A stretch of DNA of 64,000 nt from an uncultured delta proteobacterium (GTDB lineage Bacteria > Desulfobacterota > Binatia > UBA9968). Each line of letters starts with the position of its first letter. Position 1 is the stretch's first letter. The notes beneath the pieces were generated by a model, which searched no databases, had not been told where the DNA came from, and saw nothing but the letters and a program-made list of their open reading frames with translations. Shown here piece after piece: positions 10,950 to 21,113 of the stretch. The translations under genes were made by a program, and so were the position numbers. The DNA lies in assembly GCA_963847445.1 (NCBI GenBank), contig CAWJZV010000034.1, positions 128,001 through 192,000 on the forward strand. The letters run 5' to 3'.

Positions 10950-11036
10950 ATCCCCCTTTGAAAAAGGGGGACCGAGGGGGATTTACTTCTTGGACGATTG
11001 AAAAATCCCCCTTGCCCCCTTTTTCAAAGGGGGGAT
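10950..11036. repeat. Inverted pair of CCCCCTTT-N-AAAGGGGG REP-like palindromes
   Basis: tccccctttgaaaaagggggaccgagggggattt followed by its near reverse complement. Confidence 0.8.
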
Positions 11037-11062
11037 TTTCGAATCGTTCGATTCGTTGGACT

Positions 11063-12058
11063 CTATCTCGCGCCGAAGATCCCACGCATCTCTTCGCCGG
11101 CTGGACCATATTCCTTCGCCTGGCGCGGATCGCTGGCTTGCAGTTTCACGTTGCGCAGGGAAAACACTTGGGGATCGACGTCGCGATGGGCGGGAATTCG
11201 TCCCTGATCGCGCAACATGCGCTGGCCTTCGATGGAGAGAATAAAACCGATCAGCAGTTTGCCGGCATTGGGGTGGGGCGCGCCCTTGGCCAAGACCATC
11301 GGATGGACATAGGTAATTACCGGCTCGTCGAAAACATATTGCACCGGGCCGCCTTGGCCTTTGATGCGCGCGGCGATGTGGGCGTAGGTGTTGGTGACGA
11401 CGTGATATTCGCCGGCAGCCAGAAGTTGCGCTGTGATGTTGTGACCGTCGCGCACTGCCGGTTGTTGGGCGGCGAGCGCCTTCAAAAAATTGCGCGCCTT
11501 ATCCTTGCCCCAGCGCCGTTGCAGGCTGACGTACCACTCCGGGTCCTGCAGATTGACGCCGATGCGTCCCTTCCAACGGGGCGCCAACAGGTCTTCATAT
11601 TTCTTTGGCGCTTCATTGGGTTTCACCAGCTGGGTGTTGTAGGCCATGGAGTTGAGCAGCGAGTGGACGTTGACCCAATGGCCGTCGGGATCTTTGAACC
11701 CTTCGTCATAGGCCGCGGCTTCCGGCGGCACGAAGCGCTGGGTGAGCCCCGACTCTTTCATGAGCTGCACTTGAAACCCCGCCGAAGTTATGACGTCGAC
11801 GGCGAAGCGGCCGGCTTTCGCTTCGGTGTTGGCCCGTTGCAGGACGCGCTCGCTGGTGCCGCGGTAGAAGGACGGTTTGATCGCCGGATATTTTTTCTTG
11901 AAAGCATCGACCAGGGTGACGATCTGCTCGTTATTGAGCGAGCTGTAGAGCACGACTTCGCCTTCGGCGCGCGCGCCGTCATCGAGTGTGGCGGCGTGGG
12001 CTCGCGAGAAAATAGGACGGATACGACAAATACGGACAAATAGCGATCGCAGCATCAT
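11063..12058 (-). CDS. Extracellular solute-binding protein (Fe3+/polyamine/AfuA-like family)
   Basis: EGEVVLYSS, AYNTQLV, DLLAPRWKG and APHPNAGKL motifs. Confidence 0.88.
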   Translation of the reverse strand: MMLRSLFVRICRIRPIFSRAHAATLDDGARAEGEVVLYSSLNNEQIVTLVDAFKKKYPAIKPSFYRGTSERVLQRANTEAKAGRFAVDVITSAGFQVQLMKESGLTQRFVPPEAAAYDEGFKDPDGHWVNVHSLLNSMAYNTQLVKPNEAPKKYEDLLAPRWKGRIGVNLQDPEWYVSLQRRWGKDKARNFLKALAAQQPAVRDGHNITAQLLAAGEYHVVTNTYAHIAARIKGQGGPVQYVFDEPVITYVHPMVLAKGAPHPNAGKLLIGFILSIEGQRMLRDQGRIPAHRDVDPQVFSLRNVKLQASDPRQAKEYGPAGEEMRGIFGAR

Positions 12059-12073
12059 TAGCTTTCGCGTCGC

Positions 12074-13054
12074 TCACACATGGCCGATGAAAAGATCGTC
12101 CATCGGCAGCATGGTTTTCATCAAGCCCTGCTCGATCTGGTAGCGGTTCATGGCCGCGAGGGTGCGCTTTTCGTTCTCGCCCATGACGTAGTCGTAGGGA
12201 TCTTCGCCGAGCACGTCGCGTTCTCTTTGATATCCGGCGATTTCTTCCGCCGGCATGTACTGGGTCGAGACATCGCGCGCTTCCATGAAGGCGCGGGTCA
12301 GCTTCGCCGGAAGATCGGGGTGGCGCGCGACGACTTCCTTGCGGATCGACAGCACATGCATGATCGGGTTGATGCCGGTCTTTTTGACGTAGTCGATGAA
12401 TCTCTTGATTGTTATCGAACAGCGGTTTCACGCCAGCGTAGGCGGCCATCATCGGCGGGGTCTCGCCGCCGCCGAAGAATCCGGCATAACCATTGTCGCC
12501 CGGCACAACTGCGCCGTGCAGTTCGCCTTCATTTAACATTTTCGACAGCACCAGCTTCTCGCCGCCGAAGGGCGGCGGCGGATCGATGCGCTGGACTTTG
12601 ACCGGCAGCTCATGGCCGATGAACACTTCGCGGCCGGAGACGAACCACTGCATGTCGGTGGTCTTGATGCCATGGGCGTCGAGTAGATAGCCGCGCGCCC
12701 AGACCACCGCGGTGGCGCCGTAACGGAAGCAGCCGAATTTTTTGCCCTTGAGTTCCGACGGATGCTTCAGATGTTGCTCGCAGTGATAAATATTGCGCTG
12801 GCGCGGGCCGCGCTCGAAGAATACCGGTATCGCCAGCAGCTCTTGACCCTTTTCGATGGCGCGCATCAAGCTCGCCGCCGAGACTTCGCCGACATCCCAT
12901 TCGCCGTGGAGATATTTGTAATGGCGCTCGCCGGATGAGACGAAGTTGGGATCGACGTCGAGCTCGTAGCCTTCGATGCCGACTTTGCCGTCGATGATCG
13001 CCTGGCAGCGTGGGTGGTCGGGGAGGCCTAGGGTAATTTTGGTTTGTTGGCCAT
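12074..13054 (-). CDS. 4,5-dihydroxyphthalate decarboxylase-like protein (periplasmic-binding-protein fold), frameshifted
   Basis: MANKPKITLG... with DVGEVS, AIPVF, LKGKKFG, TAVVWARG, PIMHVL and YQIEQGL; pieces 11979-12869 and 12074-12361 plus an upstream extension. Confidence 0.75.
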
Positions 13055-13077
13055 TCGGTTACTCCTTCAAGATTTAT

Positions 13078-13161
13078 GGTTCCAGTCGTTCCAAAGGTTC
13101 CAAATGTTCCAATCGTTTTCGGACATCCTGGAACGATTGGAACTGTTGGAACGATTGGAAC
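13078..13161. repeat. Hairpin of tandem 9-bp units (GTTCCAATC / TTGGAACGA)
   Basis: Four GTTCCA units, then TTCGGA, then four TGGAAC units. Confidence 0.85.
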
Positions 13162-13170
13162 TCCCCGGCG

Positions 13171-14245
13171 CTAACGAGCGCCGGGGAACATTTCCCGATA
13201 CCGGTTGCCGATCGCTTGATAGCGTCTTCCTATATCGAAAATATCCGGCATGCGCACGTCCTGGCCTTCGAGTCAGCTGGCTCTCGGGAGACTTAACTTT
13301 GGTGTGCGCGGGCATGCGATTGGTGCTGACGATAATTTTTTGGCCTTCTTCCGAGAGCAAATAGTCGGTGAACAAAGCGCCGGCGAAGGGATGGGGCGCG
13401 CTGGCGTTCACGAACACCAGGCTCGGCGTCGAGAAAGTAGGGCGGCGCCGGGGCGAACCAGAGCGGCGCGCCTTGACGGCTCAGGCTCAGAACCGAGTTC
13501 AAATTGGTTTCGACGGCCATGTCGAATTCGCCGGCGGCGACCAGTTGGCGTCATCAGCCGGCGGCCGCGCGGTGCGCAGGTTTTGCTCGTTTAAGCGCTT
13601 CATAAAGCGCTAGACCGGCTGTCTTCGCCGAGGTATTGCAACATGGTGCCGAACCAGACGTAGGACTGGCTGTCCATCGCCAGTTTGTTTTTCCAGCGGG
13701 GCTTCAAGCAGATCTTCGACGCTGCGCGGCGCTTCGTCTTTTTTTACCTGACGGGTGTTGTAGACGCTGACCATGACGTTGTTCATGTAGGCGGTCCACA
13801 GGCCGTCTTTGTCCTTGAAGCCGTCGCGGTAATGGTTCGCGTTCCGGCGAGCGGTAGCGGCCGAAGATGTGTTCTTTCGAGCAAGGCGAGCACGCCGAGT
13901 TGGCCGCTGAGGACGACATCGGAGAGCGGCTTCCCGCGCGGGCTTCCGCTTCGACCCGGGTGATGATCGCGGCGCCGGAAATATGCACGCTGGTGGCTTT
14001 AACGCCGGGATATGCGTTTCATGAAGCCGTCGGTGAGCGGCTTCATGGCGCTGACATCCATGTTGGCGTAGATGACCGCTTCACCTTCGGCCTTGGCGCC
14101 CTCCAGCAATTTCTGCTGGCGTTCCGCCGCCGGCAGTTTCTCCAACACGGCGAGCTTGGCATCGACGCTCTGCGCGTTTGATTCCAGTGGTGTCAGTAAA
14201 AGTGCCGCAACCAGCGAGTATCACCGGAAAGAATTCGCAGTTCAT
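13171..14245 (-). CDS. Extracellular solute-binding protein (AfuA-like), heavily frameshifted
   Basis: GAKAEGEAVIYA, RVEAEARAG, APHPFAGALFTDYLLSEEGQ; paralog of 11063-12058; ATGA overlap with the upstream gene. Confidence 0.75.
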
Positions 14246-15238
14246 TTTCGCCCCGCAATGCCGAGTTCTTTGTGAACTTCCCGCAGCAAGGAAAAGTCGA
14301 CGAGCTGCGCCAATGGCGGGCTAGCCGGCAGCTTCAACGGCTGGGTGATGGTTAGATCAATATTCTTGCGCATGGCGTCGTCGGTGGCGCCGCCGGGGTT
14401 CTGGGCGTCGATGGCTTTGATGCAAACATTCGCCGCGCCCTCGATGACGTCGCGCGCGATGGGCGAAATCGGCCTGGGCAAACTTATAGGTTTCTTCTTT
14501 GCGCGTGAGCATCAATTGCAGGCTCTTGACCATGGCGCGGGTCCAGCGTTTGAGTTTATCGCGCCGATTCGCCAGAAGCGCGTCAGAGGTCGAGTAACCC
14601 GCCCAGGGCCAGGGCGCCCATGTCGGCCAGCACGCCGAGTTCGGTGAAGCCCTGCTTCTTCATGATGTACGCCGCGTCGGGATTGAAGGCGCGCGCCTGG
14701 ATGATGCCATTGCGCATGGCGACGATGGAAGTCTCGGCGCCGCCGATGGTCATGAACGTCACGTCTTTTTTCGGGTCCATGCCGTGATGCTGCAAGACCA
14801 TCGAGGCGGCGACTTCGGTGGTGGCGCCGGGGCCGGTGGTGCCGATGACTTTGCCTTTTAGATCTTGCACGCGCTTGATGTTGGGCGCGCCCATCAAGAC
14901 GAACAGCGATTTGTCATAGGGGAAAAAGTTCGCCTTCAAGGGCGCGCCGCGCGCCGCCGCGCGCATGGACGAACCGGCGATGCCGGCGACATCGATCTCG
15001 CCGGCTAGAAGTGCGGTGACGACGACGTTGCTATTGACCACGATCCACTGGATTTCCAAATTCTCCTGGGCGAACAGACCGGCGCGTATGCCGACGAACA
15101 ACGGCAGGTAGCCGAAATCTTTGGTCGACAAAGCGACGCGGAACTGCTCGGCGTGGCTGTTGCTTGCGAGCCGACGAGAAGCGTTGCGAGCCACGCGATA
15201 ATGACAATGTTATGAGATAGCGGTGACTGTTGTTTCAT
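14242..15238 (-). CDS. ABC-type substrate-binding protein, NMT1/SsuA-like, frameshifted
   Basis: GLFAQENLE, ALLAGEID, DLKGKVIG and VDFSLLREVHKELG motifs. Confidence 0.82.
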
Positions 15239-15267
15239 AGCGCTTTGGGGGATGTTGGATCGGATTG

Positions 15268-15347
15268 TCTCGCGCCAAGTCGCAAAGAACGCAAAGGCAA
15301 GAATTACGATTCCGAACTTAGCGATCCTTGGCGTGCTTTCGCGGGAG
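15268..15347. repeat. Hairpin of 9-bp units (CGCAAAG type)
   Basis: cgccaagt cgcaaagaa cgcaaag ... cttagcg atccttggcg tgctttcgcg. Confidence 0.7.
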
Positions 15348-15351
15348 TGTC

Positions 15352-16302
15352 TTAATCAATGTATCCCTTCTCGCGGAAGTATTTTTTCGCTCCCGGATGG
15401 AGCGGGATGTTTAATTGTCCAGCTTCGCCGCCGCGGCAAAACTCGCGAATGGTCATGGGCCGTTTGTCGAAATGATCGACGGGGATATGTTTGTGGCAAA
15501 GGTCGACGGCTCTGGCCATGTGGTAGGCGACCTTGTCCGACAAATCGGCGTGGCAAAAAAATGTCCAGCCGCTGAAATCGACGCAGCGAATCGGCTTGTC
15601 CAACTTGGGATAATGCTTGCGCGTCAGCATGGCGCTGGGAAAGCCGAGCTTGGCCATATGTTTGACCGCGTTGTCGTTGATCGGCAAAAAGCGCATGCCG
15701 GCTTTGAGCGCCGTCGGTCCCCAGCTCTTCACGCCTTCGTCAAAGACTGCGTCAGCGTTGCCGGATAGAATCGCGTCGCGCCGCTCCGGTCCGCTCGGGT
15801 TGGGCGCTTCCATGATCTTGCCGCCCCATTTCTCAATGTCTTTGTAACTCATGCCGTAGGCTTTGAGCACTTCTTCGATGGCATAGATTGTCGTGGCCAG
15901 CTTGCCGCGCCGGCGCGTCGAGATGCGCAGGGGATATTTCTGCTTCTTGATGTCTTCGAGCGACTGGATGCCGGTGTCCGTGCGCACGGCGAAGATCAAG
16001 CGGTCCCAGGTCGGAAAGACGCCGATGGCGCGCAGCGGGATTTTCTTCTTGTAAAAACCGCAGCCGAGATAAGCCATCGCCGACAGGCCCACCGGATTGC
16101 CGAAGCCGAAAGAGTATTTCTTCTTGCCGACCAGGATCGCCGGCCCGGTGCCGCCCAACTCGGAGTCGCGCCAGCCCATGGCGATGTCGAGTTGCGATTG
16201 GCGCGGCAGCTCGATGCTATTGAAAAATGTATAGCCGACGACGTTGGCGATATCGACGCGCTTGGAGGTTGCGGCGATGGAGAGTTTAATCGGTTTGTCC
16301 AT
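15352..16302 (-). CDS. TAXI-family TRAP solute-binding-like protein
   Basis: LRAIGVF, TGIQSLEDI, VLKAYG and IPLHPGAKKYFREKG C-terminal signature. Confidence 0.85.
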   Translation of the reverse strand: MDKPIKLSIAATSKRVDIANVVGYTFFNSIELPRQSQLDIAMGWRDSELGGTGPAILVGKKKYSFGFGNPVGLSAMAYLGCGFYKKKIPLRAIGVFPTWDRLIFAVRTDTGIQSLEDIKKQKYPLRISTRRRGKLATTIYAIEEVLKAYGMSYKDIEKWGGKIMEAPNPSGPERRDAILSGNADAVFDEGVKSWGPTALKAGMRFLPINDNAVKHMAKLGFPSAMLTRKHYPKLDKPIRCVDFSGWTFFCHADLSDKVAYHMARAVDLCHKHIPVDHFDKRPMTIREFCRGGEAGQLNIPLHPGAKKYFREKGYID

Positions 16303-16336
16303 TGTTTTTTGTTCTCTTGAGGGTTGTTGCTTGAAC

Positions 16337-16406
16337 GGGTCGAGGATGGACGATCGAGGATGGATGATGGCACTATTCGATCCTCTATCCTCCATCATCG
16401 ATCTCG
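16337..16406. repeat. Heptamer-unit hairpin (GAGGATG/CATCCTC type)
   Basis: tcgaggatggacgatcgaggatgg ... cgatcctctatcctccatcatcgat. Confidence 0.75.
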
Positions 16407-16410
16407 CGAT

Positions 16411-16851
16411 TTAAACCGCCTGCCGTGTGCGCCGGCCGCCGGGGCGGGCAAAGTGCAGTTCGAGATAGTTGCCTTCGGAGTCGAACATGTAGATCGTGTT
16501 GCCGCTGTCACGTTCGACGCTGCGGTGGAATTTGCCGAGCTCCTTGGCTTGTTTCATCGCTGCGTCATAGTCTTCCCAGGCCAAACTGAAGGCTTGGTGG
16601 GTAATGCCATCTTGGTCGACGGCGTCGCGGTTGAGCGGTCGCGGTCGGGCAAACAGCACGACGTCATATTCGCCGCAGCGCAGACGGTCGAGTTTTTGCG
16701 CCACGCCATGAACGGGAAATGAATCCGGGTTGCTCGGATTGCCGCCGACCCGGCCGAGATAGTCCATGCCCAATACGTTGGTGTAAAACTCTTTGGCGCG
16801 ATCCAAATCGTCGACCGGGATGCCCATGTGGTAAACCTTGGTGAGTTTCAT
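16411..16851 (-). CDS. VOC/glyoxalase family protein
   Basis: YHMGIPVDDLDRAKEFY, THQAF and YMFDSEGNYLE motifs. Confidence 0.88.
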   Translation of the reverse strand: MKLTKVYHMGIPVDDLDRAKEFYTNVLGMDYLGRVGGNPSNPDSFPVHGVAQKLDRLRCGEYDVVLFARPRPLNRDAVDQDGITHQAFSLAWEDYDAAMKQAKELGKFHRSVERDSGNTIYMFDSEGNYLELHFARPGGRRTRQAV

Positions 16852-17413
16852 TACGTTTGTCCTTATCAAGGTCGCTGGCTCAAAACGTGCGCCGTGATCG
16901 GCGGGCGGACATGCCAATCTGCGATTTATATAACAAACCGAGGAATCTGCAAACTGCGATTGTTCAGCTCGGCTCAGTGCAGACTACCCGCTCTGCGGGT
17001 CTAAGTGATGGTCGTCGAGTCGAATTTTGAGAAATTTGGCTAGTTAAGAAAAAAGGGCAGGTGTTAATATCACGTCGGTCTAAAGAGAAAGTCCGTAAAT
17101 CAAAGGTTGACCCGGTTCCCAGCCGGTATTCACGATCGATTTTTGCGCGGGTCATCGCTCAACTCGGATGGCCTCCGATCAAATGATGATAATGGTTGAT
17201 CGAGTTCGAGCACTTGCCGAAGCAAACAATGTGATCATTCCACTGGTGGTTGTTGCAGGATGGTATTAAACCCTCATAACTTTTCCATTGTCATTAGAAG
17301 ACAATTGTAATCGGGATTCCGCCGCAGCATGGATATAGATTCAGCAGTATCGTCAGTTGCATGGATGAAGCGGTGCGCTGATGGCTCGTCTCGCTGCGCG
17401 GCTCACCGTCGCT

Positions 17414-18598
17414 TTATTCAAACTTCTCAAATGGCAGGCCGACATAGTTTTCGGCAAACACAGTTCGCCCGGCATCGGATGCGAGCAGGTAATCAAGCTC
17501 GGAAATTTGTAAACGCCTGCTCATGGGATCATCGTCGAATTTATGCAGAAGGGATGTATACCACCACGAAAAGCGGATCGCCTTCCAAACGCGGCGCAGG
17601 GCTGTTTCAGAATAACGATCGAGCAAGTCAGTTCGTTTTTCTTTATAATAGGCGGTCAAGGCGCGGGAGAGATAATAAATATCCGAAGCCGCAAGGTTCA
17701 GTCCTTTGGCGCCTGTGGGCGGGACAATGTGCGCGGCATCGCCTGCCAGGAAGAGCCGACCAAAGCGCATGGGTTCAGCGACAAAACTATGCAGGGGCGT
17801 GATGCTCATTTCGAGACGGGGACCCGTTGTAACAGAATCAGCCGCATCGGGAGGAAGGCGGCGGCGCAGTTCATCCCAAAAGGCATCGTCGCTCCAATTA
17901 TTCACTTTATCTTCGGTGTCACATTGCACATAGTAGCGACTGCGGGTGTGGGAACGCATACTGCACAACGCAAAGCCGCGTTCATGGTTGGCATAGAGCA
18001 GCTCATCCATGACAGGCGGCACATCGGAGAGAATTCCCAGCCAGCTGAACGGATAGGTTTTTTCAAAAGTTTTGATTTTATCTGCTGGAAGGCTTTGACG
18101 TGCAACGCCATGATAGCCGTCACATCCTGCGACAAAATCGCAGACGAGTTCCCCGCGTTGGCCGTTTTGCTGGTATAGGATTCGCGGGGAATCCGTATCG
18201 CATCCTTCCACGTTGATGACTGGCGCGTCGTAGTGGACCGTTCCCCCTGCCTCATCGATGTGCGCTTTCATCAGGTCGTGAGTGATTTCGGTCTGGCCGT
18301 AGACCATCACAACTTTTCCATTCGTATGTTTGGGAAAATCAAGCCGTTCCAGCCGGCCGTCAAAGGCAATATTAATGCCCTCGTGGATCAAACCCTCGCG
18401 ATCCATACGTTCGCCCGCTTTGGCTTCCCGCAGCAAATCCGCCATGCCTTGTTCAATCACACCAGCGCGAATGCGACCTAGCACATAGTCGCGGCTGCGA
18501 TTCTCGACGATCACCGTGTCAATCCCTTGCAGATGCAGCAATCTTGCAAGCAGCAGGCCCGCTGGTCCTGAACCGATGATTCCGACTTGAGTTCTCAT
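17414..18598 (-). CDS. pobA: 4-hydroxybenzoate 3-monooxygenase
   Basis: MRTQVGIIGSGPAG, GRIRAGV, VYGQTE, CDGYHG, GDAAHIVPPTGAKGLN and AENYVGLP; intact 394 aa. Confidence 0.97.
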   Translation of the reverse strand: MRTQVGIIGSGPAGLLLARLLHLQGIDTVIVENRSRDYVLGRIRAGVIEQGMADLLREAKAGERMDREGLIHEGINIAFDGRLERLDFPKHTNGKVVMVYGQTEITHDLMKAHIDEAGGTVHYDAPVINVEGCDTDSPRILYQQNGQRGELVCDFVAGCDGYHGVARQSLPADKIKTFEKTYPFSWLGILSDVPPVMDELLYANHERGFALCSMRSHTRSRYYVQCDTEDKVNNWSDDAFWDELRRRLPPDAADSVTTGPRLEMSITPLHSFVAEPMRFGRLFLAGDAAHIVPPTGAKGLNLAASDIYYLSRALTAYYKEKRTDLLDRYSETALRRVWKAIRFSWWYTSLLHKFDDDPMSRRLQISELDYLLASDAGRTVFAENYVGLPFEKFE

Positions 18599-18701
18599 GG
18601 ACCAATTGTGGCGTGTTAAGAAACGGCAGGTTGAGCGTGGTTACGAACCTTGTCCCGTGGTCCGCAACCCGCAACGCCTGCGGGAAGCGTCCCCCGGTGA
18701 T

Positions 18702-19088
18702 TTACTTGGTCTCTCTAACGTTCGTATGGGAGCTTTCTTGGTTCCCGTCGGCAACATCCGCCGACGGGGCGCCCTGATTCAACCAAACACTAAATTCTTT
18801 CAACGAATGAGCCAACCGCCACTCGTCGAACACGGACCGAGCCATGGCGGAAGCCGGGCCGGCTAATTCACCGGCGACGCAAGTCTGAGAATAATTGAGC
18901 AGCCATGCTTCGAAGGCTTCCGGCTCAGGGTCGGCTTCGACGGCGCGATCCAGCAGCTCTCGTTTTACCGCTAGCCCGATGGCGTCGGGGGTTTGATCGC
19001 GCTTGCGTCTTTTCCGTTGCCCTTCGGACGCTTCGAGCGCAGCGAGCAACGCCTGGCAAACCTGCGCTGGGCGAACTGCCGGTGCCAC
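18702..19088 (-). CDS. Conserved hypothetical protein, last gene of the fdh operon
   Basis: 128 aa ORF abutting fdhE; ASEGQRKRRKRDQTPDAIG and GAPSAD motifs. Confidence 0.7.
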   Translation of the reverse strand: MAPAVRPAQVCQALLAALEASEGQRKRRKRDQTPDAIGLAVKRELLDRAVEADPEPEAFEAWLLNYSQTCVAGELAGPASAMARSVFDEWRLAHSLKEFSVWLNQGAPSADVADGNQESSHTNVRETK

Positions 19089-19975
19089 TCATGCTCTCCA
19101 AAAAGAAAATTTGTCAGTTATTTTATCGACGACCGTGACGCTGAAGCGGTAACCGGGTCCAGGGGGACGCTTGTAACCATGCTCCACCGCCGCGATATCG
19201 AGATCCACGCTGCCGAGATCGTCGAGCATAACTCTGGCCGCCGGAGTGGCCTGGAGGGTGGTGAAAGTTTTGACATAGCCGAGACAGCGCTTGCAGGCTT
19301 CGATCACGCGTGTGTTGCCACCCTGCTCCGGCACCAGCGAAAGCAACTGTTCATGGTCGGTCATGCCGCAGTACGCACAAACCAAACAGTTGCCTTGCCA
19401 CTCGCCGGCGCAGCGGCCGCAGCGAAAATAACGGCTGCGCTCGATGCCGCGCACTTCGGCGATGGCAGGCCAGCCACCGCATACGGGACAATAGCCTTCA
19501 ACCCAGCCTTGAGGCAGAGAATTCGCCCAGCGGCGATTGCAGGCGTGGAGGAAGGGCACTGGTAGCAGCGCTGTAACCGCTTGGAATGCTTCCGGGTCGG
19601 CGTGGCAGTTCACTGCGATCTGTTTTAGCGCGCTTTCATCCAGGCAAAGCGCAGCTTTGAACAGGAAAAGAGGTCATCGGTGGTCTCTTGCAGTACATCC
19701 TTGAGCGTCGCCATTTTTTCGGTGCCGCTAGCGGCTGGCGGTGTCGAGTCAGCTGTTGCGTCCAACGGCGCAGCGAATTGACTTCGAGCGCGATCGATGC
19801 GCCGGCGAGAAGCGGCACCTTGTTTTCCAGCGGCTCGGCGCGGTCCGGGATAAACGGCGTCCCATTGAGCGTCGGCGGCTTCGTTGAGGACCTCCTGAAC
19901 GACAGCGAGCCAGGGCTGCCACTCCGGCTGTTGGCGGCCGAGATCGTGGACATCGGTATCGATGGAAGCCGTCAT
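19089..19975 (-). CDS. fdhE: Formate dehydrogenase maturation protein FdhE (frameshifted)
   Basis: Four CxxC pairs (CPVCG, CGRC, CAYCG, CKRC..Y.K) and LDDLGSVDLD; fdh context. Confidence 0.88.
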
Positions 19976-20205
19976 CAGCGGCTAAGCGTGTCGGCCTGGC
20001 GCGCCGGAGCCAACGGCGGCGGTTGAACAGGAATGAGTTTTGGGGTTTTGTAAAAAGGGTCTGCGCCTTCATGCATGCGCACGACTTTGGTCCGGTTGCC
20101 GACGTCGGCGCCCGGACCGCCGCCGCGCGCTCGGCCGGTTTCCGGACTCGCGCAGGCGGCAAGAACGCAAATAACGGCTAGAAAGATAAGTGAAGTGTGC
20201 CCCAC
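19975..20205 (-). CDS. Small putative lipoprotein (76 aa)
   Basis: GTG start after AGGAG; hydrophobic stretch plus LAAC lipobox; GGGPGADVGN motif. Confidence 0.7.
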   Translation of the reverse strand: MGHTSLIFLAVICVLAACASPETGRARGGGPGADVGNRTKVVRMHEGADPFYKTPKLIPVQPPPLAPARQADTLSR

Positions 20206-20206
20206 G

Positions 20207-21113
20207 TCAAACTCCTTGAGCCGAAAAGACGATGACCAGGCGCAGAATGAAACCGCCGGCCAGGACCGCTGCGGCGGCCGCAGTGACGTTGAGATGGCCG
20301 AACCATTGTCTGCGCCAGTAGAGAGCCAAGGGAAGCAGCATGCCAACAACGATCACGCCAAAAAAGAGCAGCAGACCCCAAGCGTTCAGCCAGGCGCGAA
20401 ATACCGGTCCGAGGGAGATCATGACGGCGATGAGAACGATCAATTCCAACGCGACCACCCAGCTGTCCAAACGATGCAGCGCATTAACGCCGGGCAGCGC
20501 GCGACTCGGACCGTTGCGCCAACAGTATCATCAATGCCGCCGATATCGACGCCGCCGAAATCACGAACAGCATGCCAAGCAGCGGCGTGTCGGACCAGAT
20601 CGGTCGGTTGGTGACGGCGAGAAGAACTCCGGTATAACCGGCGACGTAGAAACCGAAGAGTCCGCCGATCACGGCGATCACCGAGCCGAGCAGGCCGGGA
20701 GGCCGCAGGCGGCGGGCCGCCGGCCGTTGCCAACGACCGTCTTCGGCAAGCGCGCTCAAGAAAGCGAGGAACGAAAAAATCCCGAAGATCGTCAGCGCCC
20801 ACGATCCCACCGACATCGGCGACCAGGGTTTGAAGATGGGTCGATAGGTGTTCGACTCGATCAGCATATGCCAAAACCGTTCGGGTCGGCTGAGGTCGAG
20901 AGTCAGCAGCAGCCCGCTGATAACGATGCAAGGAAACGAGATGTAGTATCCCAGCCGTGCCAGCGGACGGTCTTCCGGTCTGCCGAACAAATCGATCAGG
21001 ACGGCGAGAAAATAGCTTCCGCCGGCGAGGCCGCCGAAAAAAAAGTAAAAGACAATGTACCAACCCCAGTCCGGCGGCGCGCTGAAAAAAGTGCTGGAGG
21101 GGAATTGGTTCAT
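20207..21113 (-). CDS. nrfD: NrfD/PsrC-family membrane anchor (frameshift near 20490)
   Basis: WGWYIVFYFFFGGLAGG, DLSRPERFW, SPMSVGSW, YTGVLL and GGFILR; multiple TM helices. Confidence 0.9.

Noticed and set aside
9594-12043. Long antisense ORFs (for example 9594-10532, 10958-12043, and similarly 46373-47542)
   Set aside because: They are shadow frames of well-supported genes in GC-rich DNA and have no domain signatures.
4093-13161. GTTCCA-type repeats as a CRISPR array
   Set aside because: The units are 9 bp, tandem and inverted, with no unique spacers and no cas genes.
16964-17400. IS remnant or small gene downstream of pobA
   Set aside because: Only short hairpins and motif-less ORFs; no terminal inverted repeats or transposase similarity that I can recognise.
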